Positions 9,599 through 19,774 of a stretch of DNA of 64,000 bases are shown piece by piece (within the stretch, counting starts at the first letter, position 1; every line of letters starts with the position of its first letter). The DNA comes from an uncultured bacterium (GTDB taxonomy: Bacteria; Patescibacteriota; Minisyncoccia; CAIUEV01). Below the pieces are notes generated by a model. It ran no database searches. It was not told the DNA's origin and worked only from the letters and a program-made list of their open reading frames with translations. The stretch covers positions 14,969 through 78,968 of the forward strand of contig CALFZX010000016.1 in assembly GCA_937952315.1 (NCBI GenBank), given 5' to 3'. The translations under genes and the position numbers were made by a program.

Positions 9599-10222
9599 TT
9601 AAATTGAAGAAATTTCAACAAAACTTCCCTTTCTTCCCGGAACGGCACCGGCCAAGGCGATCAAAGACTTATCGTTATCAATCCAAGCAACTTTGAGGTT
9701 TTTGACGGTGACTCTTTCGTCCCCCATGCGTCCCGCCATTTTTTTACCTTTGTTTACATGCTCCGGAAAAGCGCATCCGATCGATCCGCCACTGCGAAGA
9801 ACATGACGATGTCCGTGAGTCTTAGGGCCTCCGGCAAAATTATGTCTTTTGACAACTCCTTGAAAACCCTTTCCTTTACTTTTACCGGCAACTTTAACTT
9901 TGTCACCGACCGCAAAAACTCCAACCGAGACAAGCTTTTTTTCCGGATAATCCTCCTCTTTCAACTCTTTTAGTGCTACTCGGAACTCTTTAATTAAGCC
10001 AAAATTTTTACTCAATTTGAAAAAATTATCCTTCATTTCCGACTGTTTTTCAATTTTTTTAGCTAAGCTCAGAACTAAAGACTCGTATTTGTCTTTTTCC
10101 AAAGTTTTTTTACGGAGTACAAAAAGATTACTACAATCAATCAGAGTGACTGCTTCAACTTTATTATCTTTGTCCCAAATCTGAGACATTCCAATTTTTC
10201 TACCCAAGAGAAATTTACTCAT
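9599..10222 (-). CDS. rplC: 50S ribosomal protein L3
   Basis: uL3-like N-terminus (LGRKIGMSQIWDKDN) and FKGVVKRHNFAGGPKTHG. Gene-order context. Confidence 0.9.
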   Translation of the reverse strand: MSKFLLGRKIGMSQIWDKDNKVEAVTLIDCSNLFVLRKKTLEKDKYESLVLSLAKKIEKQSEMKDNFFKLSKNFGLIKEFRVALKELKEEDYPEKKLVSVGVFAVGDKVKVAGKSKGKGFQGVVKRHNFAGGPKTHGHRHVLRSGGSIGCAFPEHVNKGKKMAGRMGDERVTVKNLKVAWIDNDKSLIALAGAVPGRKGSFVEISSI

Positions 10223-10313
10223 AGCTTTAAATTATAAAGAGGAGACCGTTCAATAGAGCCTCTTTTTTTCTTAGTTGTCAACAATACCAAAAAAATATGG
10301 AAAAGACAAAAAA

Positions 10314-10628
10314 TTACATTTTAATTTCGACATCCACCCCCGCTGGTAAATCCAAATTCGTCAAGGACTCTATTGTTTTTGAAGTGAAATTTTCAATGTC
10401 GATAATTCGCTTATGCAATCTCATCTCAAATTGTTCTCTGGCGTCTTTGTGAACAAAAGTCGACCTGTTAACGGTGAATTTTTTAATTCTGGTGGGCAAA
10501 GGTATCGGCCCCTTGACCTCAGCGCCGGTTCTTTCCGCCGTCTCGACTATTTGTCGGGCGGAGAGGTCGATCACTCGATGATCATAGGCTTTTATCTTTA
10601 TTCTGATACGATTTTTACTCTCTTCCAT
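10314..10628 (-). CDS. rpsJ: 30S ribosomal protein S10
   Basis: [41 protein letters not shown]...[28 protein letters not shown] is canonical uS10. Confidence 0.95.
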   Translation of the reverse strand: MEESKNRIRIKIKAYDHRVIDLSARQIVETAERTGAEVKGPIPLPTRIKKFTVNRSTFVHKDAREQFEMRLHKRIIDIENFTSKTIESLTNLDLPAGVDVEIKM

Positions 10629-10697
10629 TGTATCCGCTATTAATTAAGGCAAAAATTCTCCCATCCTTAAGTTTGGTTAAGGATGGGAGATAAAATA

Positions 10698-11891
10698 CTA
10701 TTTAGTAATTTCGGTTACCACTCCGGCACCGACCGTTCTGCCACCCTCTCGGATAGCAAAGCGCATTTCTTTCTCGACGGCGACCGGTTTAATCAACTTG
10801 ATTTTGAATTTCATTGTGTCTCCCGGCATAACCATTTCGACACCTTCCGGTAAAGTTACTTCACCGGTAACATCCGTTGTTCTGACAAAAAATTGCGGTT
10901 TGTAACCGGAAAAGAAGGGCGTATGTCGTCCGCCTTCCTCTTTGCTCAGAACATAGACTTCGGCTTCGAATTCGGTGTGCGGAGTAATTGATCCCGGTTT
11001 CGCTAAAACCTGGCCTCTTTCAACCTGTTCCTTTTTGATACCTCGAAGCAAAATTCCGGCGTTATCTCCCGCTTGGCCTCTGTCTAATTCCTTGTTGAAC
11101 ATTTCAACACCGGTAACGGCGGTTTTTTGAGTGTCTCTAAGACCGACGATCTCGACTTCTTCACCTAGGTTGACTACACCTCTTTCAATTCGGCCGGTGA
11201 CCACAGTGCCTCTTCCTTCAATGGAGAAAATATCTTCGATGGGCATCAGATAAGGTTTGTCAATGTCTCGAGTCGGCTCCGGAACTTTACTGTCGAGAGC
11301 ATCGATCAAAGCCAAAATTTGCTTGGCGTTCTCGTCGTTGGCATCCTTGGCCTCGAGAGATTTCAAAGCGGAACCTTTGACGATGGCTGCATTATCACCG
11401 TCAAATTCATATTTAGTTAAGAGTTCTCGAATCTCGGCTTCAACCAATTCTACCAACTCCGGATCGTCCACCTGATCAACTTTATTGATAAAAACAACAA
11501 TTTCCGGTACACCGATTTGTCTTGCCAACAGAATATGCTCTTGAGTTTGAGGCATAGGACCGTCGGTGGCGGCTACAACCAAGATCGCGCCATCCATTTG
11601 AGCGGCGCCAGTGATCATATTTTTGACATAGTCGGCGTGGCCGGGGCAATCTATATGAGCGTAATGTCTTTTTTCCGATTCATATTCAACATGGGCGGTA
11701 GCAATGGTAATGCCTCTTTCTCTTTCTTCCGGTGCCGAGTCGATTTCGTCAACTCTTTTGTGAGTAACGGTTCGTCCGGCCAAGCTTAAACAGTGCAAGA
11801 TGGCGGCCGTTAGAGTGGTTTTTCCGTGGTCAACATGACCGATGGTTCCGACATTGACATGGGGTTTGGTGCGACTAAATTTTTCTGCCAT
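10698..11891 (-). CDS. tuf: elongation factor Tu
   Basis: 397 aa with G-domain motifs [18 protein letters not shown] and NKVD. Canonical EF-Tu throughout. Stop codon is TAG. Confidence 0.97.
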   Translation of the reverse strand: MAEKFSRTKPHVNVGTIGHVDHGKTTLTAAILHCLSLAGRTVTHKRVDEIDSAPEERERGITIATAHVEYESEKRHYAHIDCPGHADYVKNMITGAAQMDGAILVVAATDGPMPQTQEHILLARQIGVPEIVVFINKVDQVDDPELVELVEAEIRELLTKYEFDGDNAAIVKGSALKSLEAKDANDENAKQILALIDALDSKVPEPTRDIDKPYLMPIEDIFSIEGRGTVVTGRIERGVVNLGEEVEIVGLRDTQKTAVTGVEMFNKELDRGQAGDNAGILLRGIKKEQVERGQVLAKPGSITPHTEFEAEVYVLSKEEGGRHTPFFSGYKPQFFVRTTDVTGEVTLPEGVEMVMPGDTMKFKIKLIKPVAVEKEMRFAIREGGRTVGAGVVTEITK

Positions 11892-12176
11892 TTTTTTTGA
11901 TTTGGCTCCCTCTGCGTTGCTTTTAGCGTAAAGGCAAAGGTTCGCTCTATTAAAGATTAATTAATTTGAATAAAACATTATCCATAAAAGAATGCCTCAC
12001 AACAAAAAGATTGTCAAATTAAAATCTCCTCCGATTCTTTAATTGACAACGGTCTTCTTATTAACATGAAGAATGAATAATTAAATACAAAATATATTTT
12101 TTGTTTTTAATTGTCAAAAAAATTAAAAATCATTTATTATTCATAATGATTTAATCAGATCGGTTTAGTTAAAAAC

Positions 12177-14105
12177 ATGAATGAATACTCAAATAATCAA
12201 TTAAAAAAAGGGTCTAAACTAATTGAATTTTGGTCCCGTTTCGTTTTTTTCCTATCGGCATTGATTATCGGCTCGATTATTTTAGGTTACTTAGATATTT
12301 TTTATTGGTTTAGTGAGCTGACGCTGATCTTCGTTTTAGTCTTTTGGACCAAAATTTATCGATATTTGATCGATTTTATCGAAAATTTAGGGCTCTTGCG
12401 ACCGACATTTCTTCAGAGTGTAATATTTCTATTTTTTTTGATCTGGTTTGTTCTCCTTGTAACCCATTCTCCTTTTCCGGCTTTTTCAGGTAGAGATGAA
12501 GGTTCTTACGCCAATGGTGCGATTTACTTGGCGAAAAATGCGAGTTTCTTTTTTGAGCCTCAGTTGCTTCAATATTTTGACAATGAGGGACCGGCTCAAA
12601 AATCTCTTAATTATCCGGGTTTTGTGATCAAAGATCAAAGGCTAATGACTCAGTTTAGTCCGGCTTACTCGACATTGTTGGCGGTATTTCTGCTTTTTTT
12701 TGATACGGTAAAAATTTTTATTTGGATTAACGGAATTTTAATCCTCGGCGGTCTTATTGCTTTTTATATTCTTTTAAAATTTTTTATTCCCAAGTGGTCT
12801 GTTGTTCTAGCGTTGTTGCTTTTGCTTTTTAACTTCGTTTTAATTTGGTTTCCTCGCTTTACTCTCTCCGAAAATCTGGCTTTTTTTGTTAATTTGAATG
12901 TTCTCCTGTTTGCTTTTCTTTCTTTTTTCAACCCACAAAAGAACAATTTGACAACGCTTTTGGCCATTTCCTTGGTTGCGCCTTTAACTAGGCCGGAAGG
13001 GTTCTGGTTTTTGATTGTTGGGCTTGGAATGATCTGCTTGGTTTTGATTAAAAATCGAACGAAGGCGGTCGATTTAATCTCCGGAAAAATAATGATTTCT
13101 GCCATTGTTGGCATTGGAACCGTCGGCTACGCTTTTTTTCTGCAATGGCCGGTCTACCTTCAGCTAGTCAAAGATTTTCTGAAATGGTCCAGCAACCGAG
13201 ACAGTTTTTCTCGCCTCGGCAACTTTGAAAATGGAGGATTTGACTGGATGAATATAGCTTCCGCTCTAGGAAAAATTATTCCCGATCCGGCTAAATTATT
13301 CTATTTTTATACCGTAGAGGCTCGTTACGGAGTGCTAGTTTTTGCGATTGCGCTTTTCGTTTTGGCTATCCATTTTCTTTTTAAACAAAATAGTAATTTT
13401 TACGATGTATCGATAAAATTACTATTTAGACTTTCTTTGTTGCTGGCTTTGCCTTATCTGATGATTTTAATTTCGCCTCAAATTTCTCAAGATCATCCTT
13501 GGTTTTTAAGGCGATTTTTTCCTTTGATTGTTCCTTTCGGTCTTTTAATGACTTTTATTTTTGTCGGCAGATGGATTGATTTGAATTTGTTTAAAAAAAG
13601 ATACGCGATTTTTTTTGGTACTTTTTTTCTCTTGTTTATTGTCACTTTTCCTGCCAGTGCTTATTTTATGGGTTTTAGGATTGATAGCGGTCGGGAGGGA
13701 GCTTTAAAAGAAACGGCTGATTTTTTGAATAGACAGCTTAACCCGTTCATCTTTGTCCAAAGAGAATCTAGCGGAGATGGTTGGCGAATGTTTTCCTTAC
13801 CTCTTAATTCAATTTTTGAATTGGAGGCGGTTTATGTTTATGATCCGGCTCATATTGTCAACTTAAAAAAATTGGTGATGGAAAAATCTGACCGAGGTGA
13901 AAAAACTTTTGTTTTATTGCCGGCCAATGCTTATAATTTTGAGCATAAACTTAAGAAAAACTATAGTCTTATCTTGGAAAAACAAATTGACTATGAGAAC
14001 GATGAATTGGCGGTTGAAGAAAAATCAAGGGAAACTGATTTCCCCCTCTTACAAAAAAAGAAAAATTCTGTTAAAATATATTCACTTAATTTAAATTATG
14101 ATTAA
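12177..14105 (+). CDS. GT-C family glycosyltransferase (ArnT/PMT-like, GT39/83-type) polytopic membrane protein
   Basis: 642 aa with ~12 predicted TM helices. The first extracytoplasmic loop carries the DE-x-x-YA motif (SGRDEGSYANG), compare ArnT QPDETRYAE. Has a C-terminal soluble domain. Confidence 0.55.
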   Translation: MNEYSNNQLKKGSKLIEFWSRFVFFLSALIIGSIILGYLDIFYWFSELTLIFVLVFWTKIYRYLIDFIENLGLLRPTFLQSVIFLFFLIWFVLLVTHSPFPAFSGRDEGSYANGAIYLAKNASFFFEPQLLQYFDNEGPAQKSLNYPGFVIKDQRLMTQFSPAYSTLLAVFLLFFDTVKIFIWINGILILGGLIAFYILLKFFIPKWSVVLALLLLLFNFVLIWFPRFTLSENLAFFVNLNVLLFAFLSFFNPQKNNLTTLLAISLVAPLTRPEGFWFLIVGLGMICLVLIKNRTKAVDLISGKIMISAIVGIGTVGYAFFLQWPVYLQLVKDFLKWSSNRDSFSRLGNFENGGFDWMNIASALGKIIPDPAKLFYFYTVEARYGVLVFAIALFVLAIHFLFKQNSNFYDVSIKLLFRLSLLLALPYLMILISPQISQDHPWFLRRFFPLIVPFGLLMTFIFVGRWIDLNLFKKRYAIFFGTFFLLFIVTFPASAYFMGFRIDSGREGALKETADFLNRQLNPFIFVQRESSGDGWRMFSLPLNSIFELEAVYVYDPAHIVNLKKLVMEKSDRGEKTFVLLPANAYNFEHKLKKNYSLILEKQIDYENDELAVEEKSRETDFPLLQKKKNSVKIYSLNLNYD

Positions 14106-14138
14106 TTACTTTATTTATTGTTAATAATAAAAATAAAA

Positions 14139-14819
14139 ATGAAATCGAAAAATCAAAATCAAGGCTTTACTATCATTGAATCAGTAGTAGTGCTTTTCAT
14201 AATCGGTCTTTTGACGGTCACCGCTTCTATCGGTTTTAGCCGAGCTAACCGAGAAAAAATAGTTGATCAGGCTTCTAGAAAAGTTAACGCCGAACTTGGA
14301 AAGTTGAGAGACTCTTCCTTTCTGGGGCAAAAAGTAAATGAAATTTTTCCTTGCGGATACGCTATTTCTTTGCAAAAAGATGCTGTCAACGATAACAAAA
14401 CTTTTGGATTACTTTATACTTCGGGAGAAAAAATGGATCGTTTAAGTGTAATCGATGAAGACAAAATTTGTGATGAAAAAATTAATAACATCTCCGTTTC
14501 TCTTGGTCATATTCCGAATGTTCCTTCCGCGGATGTTAATTTGGGAAGAGCGAGAATATCAAAAATAGATGGATCTAAACTTGGTCTTTCAAATGATTTG
14601 AGTTGCTTAACAATTCTTTTTTCTGCTCCAAGGCAAGGATCATATTACTGTACGGACGGTGGAAGTTGTCCGCCTTCAAGCTGTACTTTTAAACCTTTTT
14701 CAGGTGATAATAAATATTTTGATATAACATTTTCTAATACTGACGGTGTTACCGATCCCGCGATTAAGGTTTTGAGAATTTCTCCTAGCGGTAATACCTC
14801 AACGCTGGTTTCTCCCTAA
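14139..14819 (+). CDS. type IV pilin / pseudopilin-like protein (prepilin-type N-terminal cleavage/methylation domain)
   Basis: MKSKNQNQG|FTIIESVVVLFIIGLLTVTASIGF is a class III signal peptide with the G-F-T-x-x-E motif followed by a hydrophobic helix. The ORF track begins at TTG 14118; ATG 14139 gives the typical short basic leader. Confidence 0.7.
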   Translation: MKSKNQNQGFTIIESVVVLFIIGLLTVTASIGFSRANREKIVDQASRKVNAELGKLRDSSFLGQKVNEIFPCGYAISLQKDAVNDNKTFGLLYTSGEKMDRLSVIDEDKICDEKINNISVSLGHIPNVPSADVNLGRARISKIDGSKLGLSNDLSCLTILFSAPRQGSYYCTDGGSCPPSSCTFKPFSGDNKYFDITFSNTDGVTDPAIKVLRISPSGNTSTLVSP

Positions 14820-14825
14820 AATTAT

Positions 14826-15962
14826 TCATTTAGCATAGAATTGTTCTCCGATTTTTTCTATAAGACCCGTAATCTCGAGTTGAGTGATTTCGGCGCAAAC
14901 GACAGCGGTTTTTAGACCGGAAATCTTGGTAATTCCGTCTAAATCGTTGGCCGGGTGTTTCTTTATGGTTTCTAATATTGTCAATGCCTCTTTCTTCAAT
15001 TTTAGACTTATCGGAGAAATTGGCGCCAAGGTTTCTTTTAATTGTTGATTTTTTTCAAAGATCTTCTCTGTGAAATCTTGGGAATCTAAAAATGGGCGAG
15101 CTCCTCTATCTAGCAATTCGTTAGTTCCTTGGCTTAGAGGAGAAAAGATATTGCCGGGAACAGCGAAAACTTTTTTTCCTTGTTTGAAGGCGAAATCGGC
15201 CGTAATCAGGGCGCCGGATTTTTTACCTGCTTCCGTGATGAGAAGAGTATCACAAAGACCGCTGATAATTCGGTTTCGAGCGGGAAAATTTTGTCTAAAA
15301 TAGCGACTACCCGGTGGAAATTCGCTGATCAAAAAACCACCCGTCTCGACGATTTCTTTTGCCAGTCGATTGTTAATATTGGGATAGATTTTGTCCAAGC
15401 CTCCGGCTAAAACGGCTATGTTAGGCTGCTTTGTTTCTAAAGCCTTTCGATGAGCCAAAGAGTCTGTCCCGACGGCTAAGCCAGAGATAAGAGCAATTCT
15501 TCGATTGGCCAAGGAGCTGATTAAATGTTGAACTAAAACTCTCCCGTAATCGGAAGTTTTTCGACTGCCTACTATAGCAAGATTAAAATTATTTTCTATT
15601 AAATTTTTCAATTTAGCGGTTTTGCCCAAGCAATAAAGTGTTAATGGTGGATAATCGATTAGCTTTAATTTTTCGGGGTAGTCTTCGGAATAAAAATTGA
15701 TCAATCCAATTTCTTCTTTTTCTAGCTTTTCAATTAAATTTTGGACATCGAAAATTGCAATTTTGCGAGCAATAGACTCAATTTTCCGCTGAGAGAAGAT
15801 ATCTTTCAGGGCTTGATTGAATTTATTTTTTTTGAAACAACGCCAAGCCTCGGAAATCCCTCCGGGTAGATTTGCTAAGCAACTCATTTTTTCTATTCCG
15901 CCCACTCCGGCCCAAAAAAAACCGGCCCAAATGGCATCCTCGATTGAAGGTTTTTTTAACAA
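14826..15962 (-). CDS. dprA: DNA-processing protein DprA (Smf)
   Basis: Rossmann-like DprA core (LAVGTDSLAHRKALE...IAVLAGGLDKIYPNINNRLAKEIVETGGFLISEFPPG...RNRIISGL) plus a C-terminal winged-helix-like tail. Confidence 0.8.
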   Translation of the reverse strand: MLKKPSIEDAIWAGFFWAGVGGIEKMSCLANLPGGISEAWRCFKKNKFNQALKDIFSQRKIESIARKIAIFDVQNLIEKLEKEEIGLINFYSEDYPEKLKLIDYPPLTLYCLGKTAKLKNLIENNFNLAIVGSRKTSDYGRVLVQHLISSLANRRIALISGLAVGTDSLAHRKALETKQPNIAVLAGGLDKIYPNINNRLAKEIVETGGFLISEFPPGSRYFRQNFPARNRIISGLCDTLLITEAGKKSGALITADFAFKQGKKVFAVPGNIFSPLSQGTNELLDRGARPFLDSQDFTEKIFEKNQQLKETLAPISPISLKLKKEALTILETIKKHPANDLDGITKISGLKTAVVCAEITQLEITGLIEKIGEQFYAK

Positions 15963-16065
15963 ATTTTTTTCTCATTAATCTTTATTGTTCTGTTTTTAGC
16001 ATAAACTATTCGGGCTTAAATTTTCTTTAAAAATAAATTAAAAAAACTATAGAAATCTCATCAAA

Positions 16066-16101
16066 TGAAAAAACGAGGCCCAAAAGACCTCGTTTTTTCA
16101 A
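16066..16101. terminator. rho-independent terminator downstream of rplL (hairpin symmetric, could act bidirectionally)
   Basis: AAAAAACGAGGCC-CAAAA-GACCTCGTTTTTT: an 8-bp stem with A- and T-runs on both sides. Confidence 0.55.
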
Positions 16102-16121
16102 GCAAACAGTAGCGTAAAAAG

Positions 16122-16562
16122 CTATTTTAGCTCCACTGTGGCACCAGCCTCTTCGAGTTTTCCTTTGAGCTCATCGGCCTCCGCTTTGCTGACTCCCGCT
16201 TTAACGATTTGCGGAGCGGCGTCAACCAAATCTTTAGCTTCTTTTAAGCCCTTGCCGGTAATTTCGCGAACCAATTTAATGACAGCGATTTTGGCACTAC
16301 CGGCACCGGTTAGTTCTACATCGTAAGAACTTTTTTCGGCGCTTCCGCCCTCTTCTCCGTCTCCGGCTCCGGCCGGCATAGCTCCCATAACCATAGGAGC
16401 GGCGGCGCTGACGCCAAATTTGTCCTCGAGGACTTTAACCAACTCGGAAAGATCGAGAACACTCATTTTCTCGATTTCGGAAACAATTCCTTTGAATTTC
16501 TCCGGCACTTCTTTTACTTCTTTTACCTCTTCGGTTGAAGTTTCTTTTACTTCTTCTGACAT
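16122..16562 (-). CDS. rplL: 50S ribosomal protein L7/L12
   Basis: Ala/Gly-rich hinge and C-terminal domain [56 protein letters not shown]. Confidence 0.95.
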   Translation of the reverse strand: MSEEVKETSTEEVKEVKEVPEKFKGIVSEIEKMSVLDLSELVKVLEDKFGVSAAAPMVMGAMPAGAGDGEEGGSAEKSSYDVELTGAGSAKIAVIKLVREITGKGLKEAKDLVDAAPQIVKAGVSKAEADELKGKLEEAGATVELK

Positions 16563-16600
16563 CTTGTTTGAATTAATTATAAAAAATATACGACTTAAAA

Positions 16601-17131
16601 TTATTTAGCTTCCTTTTTATCCGCTATGGCTTTCACTATGTTCACCAAACCGGACAGATTACCAGACAAGGCCCAAACAAAACCGCTGATAGGTGCATTG
16701 ATTGTCCCGACCAGTTTTGCCAATAGTTCTTGCTTGCTCGGCATTTTGGCTAAAGATTCGACATCCTTGTTATCAATTACTCTTTTTTCCAGTACGCCAC
16801 CTTCTATCTTGAGTTTATCGTTCTTTTTAGCGTAAGAAAAAACTTTTTTGGGTACTTCAGTCTCTTCCGGTCCGAAAATGAAAGCTAATGGTCCGACAAA
16901 CTGTCTGCTATCAAAATCAACCCCGTTCTCTTTGAGGGCAAGATTCAAAAGAGTTTTTTTGGCGACTTTCAGTTTTCCGCCGGCTTCTTTGACTCCCTTC
17001 TTTAATTCATCGATTTCCTCGACGGAAAGACCTCTGAAATCGGCCATAACCAAGACTTTATTCTCTTTGATAGTTTGACTTAGATCGTCAATAATAACCT
17101 TTTTTTGTTCTTTGGTTAGCATAAATTTCAA
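16601..17131 (-). CDS. rplJ: 50S ribosomal protein L10
   Basis: 176-aa product lying immediately upstream of rplL, with uL10-like organisation and composition. Confidence 0.85.
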   Translation of the reverse strand: MKFMLTKEQKKVIIDDLSQTIKENKVLVMADFRGLSVEEIDELKKGVKEAGGKLKVAKKTLLNLALKENGVDFDSRQFVGPLAFIFGPEETEVPKKVFSYAKKNDKLKIEGGVLEKRVIDNKDVESLAKMPSKQELLAKLVGTINAPISGFVWALSGNLSGLVNIVKAIADKKEAK

Positions 17132-17518
17132 CTAAAAATTAAAAAAACTTGCCAGAGCAAGCCTTGTCGAAGAAAAAATCACACCCAAATCATAATAAAA
17201 GATTTTTGGCTGTTCTTCTCCGCAAGACTTATTGTTCGCTTGCAATCTTTGAAGAAAATCACAGAACCAATAAAACATTATTTAAATAGATTGTCAAAAA
17301 AAATTAGATTTTTTCAACTATTTCCTTTAAGAACATTCCGGTTGAATCAACTGTTTTAGAATTATTCTTGATTTCAAAATCTAAAATGTATTTTTTGTTT
17401 TTGTTAAACTGATTAAATATTTTTTCTACCCCGAAAAATTATGAAAAACAGAAACAACGCTCTGAATTCTTACATCTGGTATGTTATCAAATTAAAAAAA
17501 ATATCAAGATATCTATTT

Positions 17519-18439
17519 TTAGTTTATTTTATCAAGGAGCTTTGCCCACTCCAAGTCCACATTTCTTTGGATGTTGGAGATAATTTTGGCGCCGGCTTTG
17601 TCCTTAAATAGATGTTTAAATCGACCTTGCAGTTTTAAAAATTCTTCGACGGGAGTGTATTTGGCCGGTTTGTAGTTGAGAGTGTATTTGCCGTTTTCAT
17701 ATTCAAAAAGTGGCCAAAATCTAGTTTCCGCCGCTAGTCTTGCAATGCGAACATACTGACCTTCCGGAAACTTCCAAACAGTAATACAGGGTGAAAAAAC
17801 GATCAAGACGGCTGGGCCTTGGCAAGAAAAAGCTTTTTCCGCTTTGCGAAAAAGATCGTTGGGATTGTGCACGCTTGCCGAAGCGACAAATTCAATATTA
17901 TGGGCGATGCAAATTTCCAAAATATTTTTTCTCTGATTCTCTTTGCCTAAACTGATTTTTCCCGCCGGTGCGGTGGTGGTGCTGGCTCCTTCCGGGGTGG
18001 CGCCGGATTTTTGGCCACCGGTGTTCATGTAGCCTTCGTTGTCATAACATAAATAAACGAAACGGTGTCTTCGTTCCAAAGCCCCGGAAAGACTTTGCAG
18101 TCCGATATCATAAGTGCCTCCATCCCCGCCGACGGCTAAAAAATTAAAATCTTCTTTCTGTCGATTTTTCTTGCTTAAAAAGCGATAAGCGGTCTCAACT
18201 CCGGAAAGAGTGGCGGAAGCATTTTCAAAGGCGCTGTGGATATAATTAGTTTTCCAAGCACTTCTCGGGTAGACGGTAGAGGTGACTTCCAAACAGCCGG
18301 TGGCGTTGCTGATCACCAAAGGCCTCTCGGAGGCCGAAATGACGGTTCTGACAATGGCGGGAAAAGCGCAACCGGCGCAGGCTGAGTGCCCGGAGCAAAA
18401 TTGATTTTTTGCCGATTTTATCTTTTGAGATAGGAGCAT
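17519..18439 (-). CDS. 2-oxoacid:ferredoxin oxidoreductase beta subunit (TPP-binding, PorB/KorB-like)
   Basis: N-terminal CSGHSACAGC cluster motif and TPP-binding GDGG...YDNEGYMNTGGQ. Start placed at the internal Met (MLLSQK...) so the gene does not overlap the upstream gene. No alpha, gamma or delta subunit gene is adjacent. Confidence 0.7.
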   Translation of the reverse strand: MLLSQKIKSAKNQFCSGHSACAGCAFPAIVRTVISASERPLVISNATGCLEVTSTVYPRSAWKTNYIHSAFENASATLSGVETAYRFLSKKNRQKEDFNFLAVGGDGGTYDIGLQSLSGALERRHRFVYLCYDNEGYMNTGGQKSGATPEGASTTTAPAGKISLGKENQRKNILEICIAHNIEFVASASVHNPNDLFRKAEKAFSCQGPAVLIVFSPCITVWKFPEGQYVRIARLAAETRFWPLFEYENGKYTLNYKPAKYTPVEEFLKLQGRFKHLFKDKAGAKIISNIQRNVDLEWAKLLDKIN

Positions 18440-18452
18440 TTCAGTATTTAAT

Positions 18453-18722
18453 TTAATGATCCAAGTTATTATTTTGCAAGGTTTCTTTGATAATTTCTTC
18501 GGAAGGAGTTTCTCCTCTCCAGCTGGCCAATTCATTTTCATTATTGTCGCACAATATTAGAGAAGGTGTCGCCATGATTGAATAAAATTGAGCTTCGGCC
18601 AATCCATCCGCTTCTTCAACATCAAAAAATTCCGTTGAGATTTTTTCTGGCATTTTTTTGGCGATTTTTTCCGCTTCGGGACAACGAGGGCAATCCTTTT
18701 TAGTAAATATTTTAAGTTTCAT
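18453..18722 (-). CDS. small thioredoxin/glutaredoxin-like protein (single CxxC)
   Basis: 89 aa. MKLKIFTKKDCPRCPEAEKIAKKM...ATPSLIL resembles MJ0307/NrdH-type mini-thioredoxins. Confidence 0.55.
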   Translation of the reverse strand: MKLKIFTKKDCPRCPEAEKIAKKMPEKISTEFFDVEEADGLAEAQFYSIMATPSLILCDNNENELASWRGETPSEEIIKETLQNNNLDH

Positions 18723-18731
18723 ATTCTTTAA

Positions 18732-19679
18732 TTATCGGTTAGCGCAGGCTGAATCAATATCGCCCTTGTCGTTATCGTTAATGTCGTTGTTCTTAAAAGA
18801 GAAAGTCTTCTTCCAAAGCTGGTTGCTCCATGATCGAGTGCCACCGCAACGAATGCCGTAATGATTATTGTCTTCAAACTTATTATTTTTGAATGAAACT
18901 TTGCCACCTTTATTGGTTCTGTTGTTGAGCATTAAACCGCTGGCCTCGTTTGATTTGAAATCGTTGTTGCGGACATCCAGTTTGACTCCTCTAATCTCAA
19001 GTTCCATACCGCCTTCTCCGTTATCTTCGAAAGTGCTGTCGTAAATTTTTCCCTTGACTTTTGATCTTAAATCAAGGCCTTCTTCCTGATTATTCAGAAC
19101 GGAATTATTATAGAAATATAGGTATGTCTGTTCTATATAAAGGCCTTTTCCGTCATTGTCCTCAATGAAAGAATCTTTAATGGTAGTTGAGTAAACCGTC
19201 CGATTTTTGCCGGATCTAACCCAGATGCCGATTCTTTTTGATTTGGTAATTTTTACATTTTTAATCGTTACTTTGGCTTTTTTCTGTACGATAACCGAGT
19301 AGTTTCCTCCCTTGACAGTCAATTTTTCTATTGTACTTCTTTTGCGCATAGTCAAACTGGCTTTGCCGTCGGCTGAAAAATCGATGATAACTTTATTGCG
19401 GTCCTCTCCTAGCAAAGTGGTATAAGTCGGTAAATCCAAATCGCCGGAGGGGTAGGTGCCTTTTTTGATAAAAATTTGTCTCCCGCTTGTCGGGCTGACA
19501 GCCGCTTTGGCGAGAGCGCTTCCGATAGTTTTATACGGATTGGCTTCTGAACCGTCTTCGGTAGAGCTTTGACTGGCACCGTCGACGAAAATATAGCCGG
19601 CGGCCATCGTTGTTGCCGTCAGACCGCTAAAAACCCAAAACAGACCAAGGAGAACAAAACCAAGGAAGATTTTTTTCAT
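18732..19679 (-). CDS. secreted right-handed parallel beta-helix repeat protein
   Basis: Signal peptide (MKKIFLGFVLLGLFWVFSGLTATTMAAG) followed by repeated ~22-aa N/G/D-rich units (NNSVLNNQEEGLDL...STFEDNGEGGMEL...NNDFKSNEASGLML...) typical of the pectate-lyase/NosD fold. Confidence 0.5.
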   Translation of the reverse strand: MKKIFLGFVLLGLFWVFSGLTATTMAAGYIFVDGASQSSTEDGSEANPYKTIGSALAKAAVSPTSGRQIFIKKGTYPSGDLDLPTYTTLLGEDRNKVIIDFSADGKASLTMRKRSTIEKLTVKGGNYSVIVQKKAKVTIKNVKITKSKRIGIWVRSGKNRTVYSTTIKDSFIEDNDGKGLYIEQTYLYFYNNSVLNNQEEGLDLRSKVKGKIYDSTFEDNGEGGMELEIRGVKLDVRNNDFKSNEASGLMLNNRTNKGGKVSFKNNKFEDNNHYGIRCGGTRSWSNQLWKKTFSFKNNDINDNDKGDIDSACANR

Positions 19680-19774
19680 TTTATTTTTTAAATTTTATAA
19701 AAATCAAAAACGAATATATAACAGAATGATAACTTAAAGTTTAAAAATATCCAAATCGTTTTAATTTTTCAAAA

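Noticed and set aside
12764-13114. Minus-strand ORF 12764..13114 inside the GT-C gene, and similar antisense ORFs (9172..9480, 11257..11789, 22223..22531, 31244..31573, 33986..34622, 53320..53520)
   Set aside because: Each is fully embedded antisense, or out of frame, within a longer gene that has clear family signatures.
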